Shown here: piece after piece, positions 1 through 9,098 of the stretch
How positions within the stretch are numbered: the stretch's first letter is position 1
Layout: each line of letters begins with the position of its first letter
DNA from: a virus
Taxonomy: Duplodnaviria; Caudoviricetes
IMG/VR virus record: IMGVR_UViG_3300016665_000666
Span: 6,175 to 70,174 of that record
Length of the DNA stretch: 64,000 bases
Reading direction: 5' to 3' (one strand)
Program-made: the position numbers and the translations under genes
The notes under the pieces: model-generated
Told to the model about the DNA's origin: nothing
The model's input: the letters and a program-made list of their open reading frames with translations, nothing else
The model's database searches: none

Positions 1-2
1 GA

Positions 3-425
3 CAGGTGGTTGACCACAGAACCGGAGAAGAGTTGGGCGTTGGTATTGAACCAATCACCAGAAGACTTGTTGGTAGCCAGATGGTTCCTTACATCTACGA
101 AGATTATGCTTCGCACGAAGATGTCGCCAATGGCCTGATGAAGATTTACAAACTAACAGAAGAAGAAAAAAAGACTCTAAAAACCAAAGCCGTAGATTAT
201 GTGAATTCAGAGTTTAACTACGAAAACATGATTAAAGAATGGGATAGAACTCTTATGGCCACGATTGAAAAGTGGCAAGCAGAGAAGGATACCCGTAGAA
301 CTTGGGAATTAATTCCATTGAGCAACGAACTCAACGTGCCTTTGGCTAAACCAACACCGACAAACCCATTGAAAAAACTTCACCCAAACGCCTTGTATCG
401 ACTAGCACAAAAGGATAGTGTATGA
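3..425 (+). CDS. Glycosyltransferase, C-terminal part (5'-truncated by window edge)
   Basis: Frame is open from the window start. The C-terminal segment resembles phage GT4 ends, and its stop overlaps the next GT start (ATGA). Confidence 0.55.
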   Translation, partial: QVVDHRTGEELGVGIEPITRRLVGSQMVPYIYEDYASHEDVANGLMKIYKLTEEEKKTLKTKAVDYVNSEFNYENMIKEWDRTLMATIEKWQAEKDTRRTWELIPLSNELNVPLAKPTPTNPLKKLHPNALYRLAQKDSV

Positions 426-1597
426 AATCAGTTCTTTTAAGAGCACCAGTTCTAACCATGTCGGGTTATGGCGTACATGCCCGTCAGATTGCCAAGTGGC
501 TTTTCTCTTTGGAGGAAGAGTATAATCTTGATATCGCTGTGGAACCTTTGAATTGGGGCAACACTGGTTGGCTTACAGATGTAGAAGCGGAAGACGGTTT
601 GGTTGGTAGAGTTATTCAAGCAGCGAACAACCTTAAACCCTTTTACGACGTAACAATTCAGTTGCAATTGCCAAACGAATGGAACCCTATGCTTGGAGCT
701 TTCAACATTGGTTTAACAGCCGGTGTTGAGACAGATCGTTGTAACCCTGTTTGGATTGATGCGATCAACCAAATGAACTTGGTGATTGTTCCTTCTCAGT
801 TTACAAAAAAGACACTTGAAAACTCTGGAACGCTGACAACAGAGATTGCTGTCATCCCAGAATCATTTATTGATGAAGTGAAAAATCAAAATGAATGTTC
901 GCTTGATCTCAATCTTCCAACAAAGTTCAACTTTTTGGTTTTTGGTCAGATAACAGGAACAAATCCTGAGAATGATCGAAAGAACTTGATGTACACAATG
1001 AAGTGGCTTGCGGAAGCATTTGCCGATCAGCCAAATGTTGGTGTGATTGTCAAAAGCAACTTGATGAGAAATACCAAGATTGACAAAGCTGCTTGTACCA
1101 ACATGTTTAAAACTATTGTTGGAGAAGTAACCAAGGGGCCTGGGCCAAAGTTTTATCTGCTGCATGGCAACATGAAGGATAAAGAAGTTGTTGGTCTATA
1201 CAAGCATCCTTCTGTTAAAGCGTTAGTAACACTTACTCACGGTGAAGGATTTGGCCTTCCTATTTTGGAAGCTGCTGCATGTGGCCTTCCTGTTATAGCA
1301 CCAGAATGGTCTGGTCACATGGACTTCATGAAACATGGAAAGTTCATCAAGGTGGAACACAAAGTCGCACCTGTTCATGAATCCAGAGTTGACAATGCCA
1401 TCTTTGTTCCAGGCGCACAATGGGCTTATCCACAAGAAGAAGATGCCAAGAAAAAGCTTCTAAGGTTTTTTGAGAAACCAGACATGCCAAAGCAATGGGC
1501 TTTAGAGTTAAAAAACAAACTGCTTAATCTTTATAGCTTTGAGGCAGTTGCAGATCGTTACACAAAGCTACTTGGTCCATGCCTAAAGGATGGTTGA
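422..1597 (+). CDS. GT4 (GT-B fold) glycosyltransferase
   Basis: N-terminal SGYGVHAR, and HGEGFGLPILEAAACGLPVIAP matching the GT4 EGFGxxxxEA motif. Confidence 0.9.
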   Translation: MKSVLLRAPVLTMSGYGVHARQIAKWLFSLEEEYNLDIAVEPLNWGNTGWLTDVEAEDGLVGRVIQAANNLKPFYDVTIQLQLPNEWNPMLGAFNIGLTAGVETDRCNPVWIDAINQMNLVIVPSQFTKKTLENSGTLTTEIAVIPESFIDEVKNQNECSLDLNLPTKFNFLVFGQITGTNPENDRKNLMYTMKWLAEAFADQPNVGVIVKSNLMRNTKIDKAACTNMFKTIVGEVTKGPGPKFYLLHGNMKDKEVVGLYKHPSVKALVTLTHGEGFGLPILEAAACGLPVIAPEWSGHMDFMKHGKFIKVEHKVAPVHESRVDNAIFVPGAQWAYPQEEDAKKKLLRFFEKPDMPKQWALELKNKLLNLYSFEAVADRYTKLLGPCLKDG

Positions 1598-1919
1598 GAT
1601 GTTAGTTGTCGCTTGTCTGTTATTAACACTATGGGCTGTTACTGCAACTATTTTTCTTTGGAAGTTTGCTAAAATCATTTTGATCATTGAAAATGATCTT
1701 TCGAACGCCATTGAAGTTTTGCAGGACGCTGAAAAAACAATGAATGATTGTTTGGAATTGCCCATGTTCTTTGATTCTCCACAAGTGCAAATGGCAACAA
1801 AGGAAGCACTTGATCAGATTAGAGTTGCAAAAGTTGCCGTTGCAGGTCTTGTCACCAAGTTCGTAGCACAAAGCAAACAGAAATATATTGAAGTTGTTGA
1901 AGACGTAGAAAGAGAGTGA
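1590..1919 (+). CDS. Hypothetical protein with N-terminal TM helix and coiled coil
   Basis: Hydrophobic residues 4-33; overlaps both neighbours in an operon-like way. Confidence 0.7.
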   Translation: MVEMLVVACLLLTLWAVTATIFLWKFAKIILIIENDLSNAIEVLQDAEKTMNDCLELPMFFDSPQVQMATKEALDQIRVAKVAVAGLVTKFVAQSKQKYIEVVEDVERE

Positions 1920-2677
1920 CAATGACCTTAAAAAAGAAAATATCCCGCAAGAAGCCAGGGGAGAAATCCTTTAGGAACTACTTTGACGATGATACTCAAG
2001 ACGCCATTGTTCGTTATCAAAAAGCAGTTGTCACTTTACCAGATGGTACAGTGCAACCAAACTTTGAAGAGCGCAATAAAATCTATGTCATGGAGATTTT
2101 ACCCGCATTTTCAACATTGGTTGAAAATCTGATCAATGTTTATGGGTATCATGTTCTCTATGAGAGCAAAGAAGACTTGAAGAATGAGTGCCTTGAGTTT
2201 CTTTATGGCGTTATCAACAAGTTTAAAGCCGAGCGAGGCTCAAAAGCATTCTCTTATTTCAATGTTGTCGGAAAACATTGGTTAACCATCAGAAGCAAGC
2301 AGAGTGCAAAGCTGGTACAGAACTATGTCTCATTGGACAACAGAGAAGCTTTGTCAAAACACGACTTGGATCTGATTGAAGACTACAACTTTTTCCCATC
2401 AGCAGAAGATGCGCTAACAAATGAAGATATTAGCAAAAATCTAAAAAAGCTAGTCGATAGTTTGCGTGAAAAAGTTAAAACAGATAATGAGAAGTCTTGT
2501 TTAGATGCTATTGAGGCGCTTGTTGCAAGAATAGATGATGTGGACCTTTTAAGCAGCAAACGTGCGGTTATGGTTTACATTCGTTCTTACACTGGCATGT
2601 CCAGCAAACAACTCTCAATCGTTCTTTCTTCGCTGAAGAAACAATACAGGGCCATTAAAGAAGAAAGTGTTAAGTGA
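1916..2677 (+). CDS. Phage RNA polymerase sigma-like factor (gp55/sigma70 region 2-like)
   Basis: EDLKNECLEFLY...KFKAERGSKAFSYFNVV resembles sigma region 2 (D..Q....L....KF......F..Y). Start is 1916 GTG or 1922 ATG. Confidence 0.65.
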   Translation: MTMTLKKKISRKKPGEKSFRNYFDDDTQDAIVRYQKAVVTLPDGTVQPNFEERNKIYVMEILPAFSTLVENLINVYGYHVLYESKEDLKNECLEFLYGVINKFKAERGSKAFSYFNVVGKHWLTIRSKQSAKLVQNYVSLDNREALSKHDLDLIEDYNFFPSAEDALTNEDISKNLKKLVDSLREKVKTDNEKSCLDAIEALVARIDDVDLLSSKRAVMVYIRSYTGMSSKQLSIVLSSLKKQYRAIKEESVK

Positions 2678-2680
2678 CCT

Positions 2681-3127
2681 ATGGGCAGATCTTATTTTGA
2701 TGAACAAGAAGCAAAAGAGTCTCAGTTGCCTGAAAGCAACTTTCAGGCAGTTTCCAGCGTGGAACTGGAACGAGAAGCAAAGAAACAGATGAATGCTTTC
2801 TCTGATTTGCTGAACTCGCTAGATAAAAGCCTTGACAAAAAGAAACAGCTTTGGAAGCAGATCTACGAGAATGCTGTAACAGACCGTAAAAACGCTTACT
2901 TGGTTTTTGCAGACCTCTATATCAACGTTCATACAAAGCCTGCGGAACATGCCATTCATGGTCCTGTTCTTTCCAAATACATGGAAAGAATGAGCAAGGC
3001 AACAGATCAGTTGATCAAACTGGCTGAGTTGGTCGCGGCAGCCGAGAGTAAAACTGTAGACGAAATTGAAGAAAGAGTTTCAGATGAAGACATCTATGGT
3101 TCGATTCAGGCTAAAAAACAACACTGA
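2681..3127 (+). CDS. Hypothetical helical protein
   Basis: 148 aa ORF tightly packed after the sigma-like gene. Confidence 0.75.
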   Translation: MGRSYFDEQEAKESQLPESNFQAVSSVELEREAKKQMNAFSDLLNSLDKSLDKKKQLWKQIYENAVTDRKNAYLVFADLYINVHTKPAEHAIHGPVLSKYMERMSKATDQLIKLAELVAAAESKTVDEIEERVSDEDIYGSIQAKKQH

Positions 3128-3162
3128 GGTTTTGTGATTGATGTTGGTGTGTAGAGTTTAAC

Positions 3163-4830
3163 ATGAGCAATAGAGGATACAACATAGGAAGGCAGCTTGC
3201 TGGTGGTTCTGGTCAGAACAACACCACACAGCAACAAAGAGACTTCCTGATGGGTGGTAGTGCGCCAACTCTTCAAAGAGTGGTGGTTGTTGATGTGATC
3301 TATGACCCAACATCTTTAACCAACACCGAGATGACGGCATTAGAAGATCGAGTTGCCAACCCTCAAATGATTGAAGGAATGCCATTTAACTCTATCATTG
3401 GGAGAGTGGTGAACGACAGTCAAGATCTAGGGAATCCAAGTCTGTTTGTTTTCTATCCGTTGTTCTCAACGCATTTTCAACTGCCAGTAAAACCAGGGGA
3501 GCAAGTTTTTGTTATTTACGAAGACTACTCTGGTGCTGGCAACTCTTTTGGTTATTGGATAACAAGGCCAATGGCTGCAAAACAGATTGAAGATGTTAAC
3601 TACACTCACGCAGATCGCTTCTTTGATCCTTACAATCATCCAAGAAACATGAGTTCTGCTCTGTTGAGTTCACTTACTGCTTCTGCACCAACCTTTCCCA
3701 ACGGCGCAGGAACACCAGAATCTTTTTCTTTGCGCCCATCAGGATCTACAAATCCATACAATGACATCGTAACAAATGCGAGCGCCTCACATTTGGTTAC
3801 GATGGAACCAGTACCTCGCTTTAAAAAGCGTCCAGGCGATCTTCTTCTGCAAGGTTCAAACAACTCACTGATTCTTCTGGGTCAAGACAGAACTGGTCCC
3901 GTTCTAAGGGTAACAGGTTCGCAAGGAAAAGATGTTGTTGAAACTGCTGGAGTGATTGACATTGTGACCGGCATTGGGGCTCCAAGAAAAATGCCAATTG
4001 ATGAGCGTTCAGACCCCTCAGAAGCCAACCACAACCCAACTTCGCCAAGAGTGATCACAAACACAAGGGGTAAAAAAGAAGTCTACAAAACGCCTTATAG
4101 AAGCCAAAGAACCGACAATCCCAAAGAGGGTGATCCCGATTTCGCAAGAGATCTTTCTCGGCTTTATTTGGCGATGAAAACAAAAGGAGATTTCAACTTT
4201 AAGATTCAATTTGGCGGAGAAAGCGGAATATTTCCGTCAAGTGGAAACAAACTCGCTCAAACGGTTGCCGACCTGCCAGCAGACGGACAGAACGGTCAGC
4301 CATTTGCCATTTTGAAATCAGAGCAAGTTAGAATAGTTGCAAAAGGAAAAGATTCTGATAACGGACCTGGAGAGTCTGGTGAGATTCGACTTATCAAAGA
4401 AGGAACTATAAACGACAAAGATCTTTCATTGCTTGTAATGAGCAAGGAAGGAAGGATCATGTTTGTCGGAAAAGACGTTCAGCTTCAAACTCACGAAGAT
4501 GGCAAAGTTCTTTTGCGTTGCAAAAGTGCAAGCACCGAGGATTCAGATCCTATTGTTTTGTTCTCCAAGTTTAAAGAGTTTGCAGAAGACGTTTATGCGA
4601 AAATAGAAACTTTGCGAAACACAGTTGCAGATCAACTAGGGCAAGTTGCAACACAAGGAATTCTAAACACTGAAAGCCTTGCACCATTTTCGCCAGTACC
4701 AGGATTGGTGGGAGCCAAAGCAGCTTTGGTTAGTGCTAGAACAACCATTCGACAAACAGATGTTGACTTTAGGCGCAAAATTGATCCTTGCAGAAGCCGT
4801 TGGGTATTTGTAAACAAGGAAGGTCAGTGA
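3163..4830 (+). CDS. Baseplate hub/spike protein (gp5/gpV-like)
   Basis: OB-fold-like LPVKPGEQVFVI and PGDLLLQGSNNSLILLGQDR; located upstream of gp25-like and gp6-like genes. Confidence 0.65.
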   Translation: MSNRGYNIGRQLAGGSGQNNTTQQQRDFLMGGSAPTLQRVVVVDVIYDPTSLTNTEMTALEDRVANPQMIEGMPFNSIIGRVVNDSQDLGNPSLFVFYPLFSTHFQLPVKPGEQVFVIYEDYSGAGNSFGYWITRPMAAKQIEDVNYTHADRFFDPYNHPRNMSSALLSSLTASAPTFPNGAGTPESFSLRPSGSTNPYNDIVTNASASHLVTMEPVPRFKKRPGDLLLQGSNNSLILLGQDRTGPVLRVTGSQGKDVVETAGVIDIVTGIGAPRKMPIDERSDPSEANHNPTSPRVITNTRGKKEVYKTPYRSQRTDNPKEGDPDFARDLSRLYLAMKTKGDFNFKIQFGGESGIFPSSGNKLAQTVADLPADGQNGQPFAILKSEQVRIVAKGKDSDNGPGESGEIRLIKEGTINDKDLSLLVMSKEGRIMFVGKDVQLQTHEDGKVLLRCKSASTEDSDPIVLFSKFKEFAEDVYAKIETLRNTVADQLGQVATQGILNTESLAPFSPVPGLVGAKAALVSARTTIRQTDVDFRRKIDPCRSRWVFVNKEGQ

Positions 4831-5168
4831 TGCCGAACAACAATCAAATTTCCAAAGAAGACCTGCAACAAGCTTTGGAGCCAGCAGAGTTGAACATTGT
4901 AAGATTTCAACCGCCAGCAACAGTTATCAATCAAAACAGTCAAAACACGACTCCTACCGCTGTGATCAACATACCTGAAGCTCAAAGACAGGTGGCGGAA
5001 AAGGCAGCACAAGAAAGAGCGGGAGCATTGTTTGACATATTGGTAGACATGATCACTCAATATGCAAGCAACGAGATTGCAAGACAACAACTAGCCCAGC
5101 GATTAAGCAACTTGGAACAACGAGTACAAATACTCGAATCAACAACTGTGACATCTGGGTCGATTTAG
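4830..5168 (+). CDS. Hypothetical baseplate-region protein
   Basis: ATG at 4830 overlaps the upstream TGA; C-terminal coiled coil. Confidence 0.65.
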   Translation: MPNNNQISKEDLQQALEPAELNIVRFQPPATVINQNSQNTTPTAVINIPEAQRQVAEKAAQERAGALFDILVDMITQYASNEIARQQLAQRLSNLEQRVQILESTTVTSGSI

Positions 5169-5202
5169 GATCGAAAACCGATTCTACTTACCATAACAAC
5201 CT

Positions 5203-5676
5203 ATGTCGCTTCAAAGTTTTAAAAATGTTGGAATTCGAGAGTTCCAAACTCAAAACGTTCTTACAACTCCGCAAAGCATAGTTCCAATTGGCATTAAAAC
5301 ACCCGTTGCTTTGGGTGACCATGGCGATGGTCTTCTTGCCATGCACACAAACATTCAGGATGTTGTTCATGACAACCTGAGAAACCTTCTTTTGACAAAC
5401 CATGGCGAACGGTTGGTTCATTATGACTTGGGAGCCAATCTAAGACCTTTAGTTGCTGATTTTTCTTCCAAGGAAGATTTTGATGGCGAAGCCATGATTC
5501 GCATTAACACAGCAGTTTCCAAATGGATGCCTTTTATTTCTTTGGTAGGATTCGATTCCAAACCTGAGTTTATTGACAATCAATTTGTTGGAAAAATAGT
5601 TATTCTTTTGGTTTATAGCGTGCCGCAACTCGGAATTGCCGAGCGAGCTTTAGAAGTTCTACTATTTGTTATTTAA
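5203..5676 (+). CDS. Baseplate wedge subunit, gp25-like
   Basis: LLLTNHGERLVHYDLGANL matches the gp25 T..GER....FG..L motif; about 150 aa. Confidence 0.85.
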   Translation: MSLQSFKNVGIREFQTQNVLTTPQSIVPIGIKTPVALGDHGDGLLAMHTNIQDVVHDNLRNLLLTNHGERLVHYDLGANLRPLVADFSSKEDFDGEAMIRINTAVSKWMPFISLVGFDSKPEFIDNQFVGKIVILLVYSVPQLGIAERALEVLLFVI

Positions 5677-5684
5677 GGTAAGCC

Positions 5685-7529
5685 ATGCCAATAGACAGCA
5701 GAAATCAACTTTTGAAAAGTGTTAAACAGAGAAAGTTCCTCAACAAAGAGTTTGAGTCTTTCCGTGCAGATCTCTATGAATATGCCAGATTGCACTTCCC
5801 AGATCGGATCAAAGACTTTTCGGAAAGTTCTTTGGGTGGTTTGTTTCTGGAGCTCGCAGCTTATGTTGGCGATGTCCAATCCTTCTATCTAGACTTTCAG
5901 TTTCATGAACTGAACCCAGAAACGGCCGTTGAAGCTCGTAACATTCAAGCCCACATTACTGCTGCGGGTGTTGAAATCGTAGGTGCTTCTCCAGCCGTTG
6001 TGGACGTAGTGTTTTCTATTGAAGTGCCAGCAGACACTTCTGTTTCCCCACCTGTTCCTTTGACGATTGGAATGCCTGTGATCTACGCAGGAACAAGAGT
6101 TCAAGCACAGAATGGAATTCAGTTCGAATTGACAAAGGATATTGATTTCTCCGATGTTGATAATGCTGGCACCTTGCTGGCGAACGTTCGCATTGCAACA
6201 CGAGACACCAACAATCAGATTCTAAGTTTTGTTTTGGAGAGGACCGAGATCTGCATCTCTGGCTTTCGTGCTTCGGAATCTTTTTCTCTTGGAAACTTTG
6301 AAGCTTTCAAGAAGATAACACTTGCTCAGGAAAATGTCACACAGGTTGTGTCAGTTAGAGATGCTCTTGGAAACAACTACTATGAAGTTGGTTATCTTGC
6401 ACAAGACACAATCTACAAAGCTCTGGTTAACACAAACGAAGACAACGACTTTGTAGAAGACAACCTTCAAATCATCCCTTGTCCTTATCGGTTTTTGCGC
6501 AAGATGGATATTGATACCAGATTGACAACATTAACGTTTGGCGGTGGTAACGCTGACAGCTTGGACAACGATGTAATCCCAGATCCCTCGCAGTTTGCTT
6601 TGCCGCTTTACGGCAAAGAAACATTTTCAAGATTCACTTTGAATCCCACCAGTTTGTTGCAAACAACAACGCTAGGAGTTGTTGGAACAAACACGACACT
6701 GACTATTGACTACCGTTATGGTGGAGGTTTGAGTCACAACATTGGTGCTGGGGCAATCAGCAACATTGTCAGTCTGTCAATTGGCTTCCCTGGTTCACCC
6801 AATGCCACAATTGCAGCAAATGTGCGTCAAAGCATCACTGTTAGAAACGACAGAGAGGCATCTGGTGGCGATGATGCTCCTAACCTTGATGAGCTAAAAC
6901 TAAGAATCGGTGGAGCTCAAGCTGCTCAGTCGAGAATTGTAACAAAAGAAGATCTTCTGGCTCGTGTCTATACGATGCCTGCAAACTTTGGGAGAGTCTT
7001 CAGGGCATCCATCAGATCCAATCCGAACAATCCGCTTTCCAGCCTGCTTTACATCATTTCCAGAAACAGCTCTGGTTCTTTGATTGTTTCGCCTGATTCG
7101 CTGAAAAAGAACTTGGCGAAGTATCTAAACTCTTACAGAATGATCTCTGATGCAATTGACATCTTGGATGCCCAAGTCATCAACCTCCAAGTTGAGTTTG
7201 TGATAACGGTTGATCCGAACCACAACAGAGCACTTGTTCTCAATAACGTTCTTGCAAGACTAAGACAGTATTTCAACATCAAGTTTTTCGAGATTGATCA
7301 ACCTATTGTCATCGACGACATAAGGAACATCATCTATAACAACACAGGTGTTCTAACCCTTCAGTCTATTAATCTAAGAAACGTAACAGGGAACATTGGA
7401 ACAAGAACTTATAGTGATGTGCAATTTGATACTACGACAAATACAAACAGAGGGTTGATCATCGGACCACCCGGTTCTATCTTTGAAGTTAGATACAAAG
7501 ACAATGATTTGATTGGGAGTGTGGTGTGA
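5685..7529 (+). CDS. Baseplate wedge subunit, gp6/baseplate J-like
   Basis: DFSESSLGGLFLELAAYVGDVQSFYLD N-terminus and ASGGDDA...AQSRIVTKEDL; directly after the gp25-like gene. Confidence 0.85.
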   Translation: MPIDSRNQLLKSVKQRKFLNKEFESFRADLYEYARLHFPDRIKDFSESSLGGLFLELAAYVGDVQSFYLDFQFHELNPETAVEARNIQAHITAAGVEIVGASPAVVDVVFSIEVPADTSVSPPVPLTIGMPVIYAGTRVQAQNGIQFELTKDIDFSDVDNAGTLLANVRIATRDTNNQILSFVLERTEICISGFRASESFSLGNFEAFKKITLAQENVTQVVSVRDALGNNYYEVGYLAQDTIYKALVNTNEDNDFVEDNLQIIPCPYRFLRKMDIDTRLTTLTFGGGNADSLDNDVIPDPSQFALPLYGKETFSRFTLNPTSLLQTTTLGVVGTNTTLTIDYRYGGGLSHNIGAGAISNIVSLSIGFPGSPNATIAANVRQSITVRNDREASGGDDAPNLDELKLRIGGAQAAQSRIVTKEDLLARVYTMPANFGRVFRASIRSNPNNPLSSLLYIISRNSSGSLIVSPDSLKKNLAKYLNSYRMISDAIDILDAQVINLQVEFVITVDPNHNRALVLNNVLARLRQYFNIKFFEIDQPIVIDDIRNIIYNNTGVLTLQSINLRNVTGNIGTRTYSDVQFDTTTNTNRGLIIGPPGSIFEVRYKDNDLIGSVV

Positions 7530-7565
7530 CCATGTTGAAAACATCAGAAAATTGCAGAGGCCACC

Positions 7566-9098
7566 ATGTATAGACTTTTCTCAGTTCTTAAAGATGGATA
7601 CATTACCAACAAGATCATTGCCGGTTCTGGTTCGATAACTTCAAACGTAGGACAAGCAAGCTCACTGGACCTTTTCAAGATCTGGTCGCAACTTGTATCA
7701 GGAAGTGACCCAACAATTGAAAACTCTCGAATTCTATTGCAAACAGACATTCCATCTGTTCAAGAACTAACTGGCTCTGGACTAGATTTCACAGATGCAT
7801 CTTTTCGATGTTATCTGTCTCTAAAAGACATCTATGGAGGGCAGACAACGCCTTCAAACTTCACGCTATCTCTTGTCCCGCTTTCAAAGTCTTGGGATGA
7901 AGGCAGAGGAAGCGATGTAGAGGCGTTTAGAGACTTGGATGCGGCAAATTGGGTGACTGCCTCAGTCGCAACCGGAACGCCCGCTGTGTGGTCTGTTACG
8001 GGCGCTAACGGGGCAGGAACAGACTATATCAACGGCTATGAAGTTCAACAGACCTTTGAACGAGGCGATGAAAACCTTCTAATGGATGTAACCACGTTGG
8101 TTAGTGCTACCTTGGCCGGTCTTATACCAGATAGAGGTTGGAGGTTGTCTTACAGCAGTTCTCTAGAAACTGACAATCACAGCTATTTTGTGAAAAGGTT
8201 TGGTTCAAGACATACTTTGAATCGTTCTCTTCATCCAAAACTGCTTGTGTTGTTTTCTGATTCAATTCAAGACGATGGAAACCAAGCGTTGTTTGGAAGT
8301 TCAAACACTATTAGAACCTATAACTCGATTAGAGGGCAGTATGCAAACTTTGTTTCTGGGAACGTTGAAATAACTGGTTCAAACTCTCTTAAATTGCTTT
8401 TGGTTGCTTCTAAAAGCGTTAATGTTACAACTTCTTCCTGGCAAACAAACTTCTCTGCTTCCATCACTTACACAACACAAAGTGTTTCTTATTTCAGTCA
8501 GAGCTTTACTGCTTCCCTCTCCTCTACTGGTAATGTTCCACTTATGGGATATTACTACGCAGTAGTTAACATGAATCCACAGTTGACTGCGAGTTTGGCA
8601 TCTTTTCTTGGTTCTGACAAAACCATGAACTTCCAAAGCTACTGGACCAGCTTGGACGGAACCGTCCTTTACAGTTCAGGATCTTGGTTAACGTTTAAAC
8701 TACCAGAAGTCAGTGAAACTGTTGGAGCAGAGCGCAACTTTGTTGTTAACGTTACGAACCTAAAAAACGAATATCAGCAAAGCCAAAAGGTTAGAATGAA
8801 GGTTTTTGTTCAAGACAGAAACACCGAACAGCCTGCTTTTCACATCCCAACTCCTTCAAAATCGTTGATTTTGAACAACATGTGTTGGAGATTGTTGAAG
8901 CGTTACAACAGGAATGTTGTCATTCCTTTTGATTCCACATACACCAAGTTATCTTCAGATGGAACAAGCATGTATTTTGATATCTACATGTCAGATCTTG
9001 ATCCACAAGAGATTTACGAGATTGAGTTTCAAATCAATGAACATGGTAGAAACTATTTCATCAAAAATGAAGGTTTCACATTTAAAGTGGTGCCATAA
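7566..9098 (+). CDS. Putative virion structural protein
   Basis: 510 aa, Ser/Thr/Gly-rich, beta-rich, inside the baseplate operon. Confidence 0.6.
   Translation: MYRLFSVLKDGYITNKIIAGSGSITSNVGQASSLDLFKIWSQLVSGSDPTIENSRILLQTDIPSVQELTGSGLDFTDASFRCYLSLKDIYGGQTTPSNFTLSLVPLSKSWDEGRGSDVEAFRDLDAANWVTASVATGTPAVWSVTGANGAGTDYINGYEVQQTFERGDENLLMDVTTLVSATLAGLIPDRGWRLSYSSSLETDNHSYFVKRFGSRHTLNRSLHPKLLVLFSDSIQDDGNQALFGSSNTIRTYNSIRGQYANFVSGNVEITGSNSLKLLLVASKSVNVTTSSWQTNFSASITYTTQSVSYFSQSFTASLSSTGNVPLMGYYYAVVNMNPQLTASLASFLGSDKTMNFQSYWTSLDGTVLYSSGSWLTFKLPEVSETVGAERNFVVNVTNLKNEYQQSQKVRMKVFVQDRNTEQPAFHIPTPSKSLILNNMCWRLLKRYNRNVVIPFDSTYTKLSSDGTSMYFDIYMSDLDPQEIYEIEFQINEHGRNYFIKNEGFTFKVVP

Noticed and set aside
2681-3127. 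Small terminase subunit
   Set aside because: Size and helicity fit, but there is no recognisable motif and it is 38 kb from terL; left as hypothetical.
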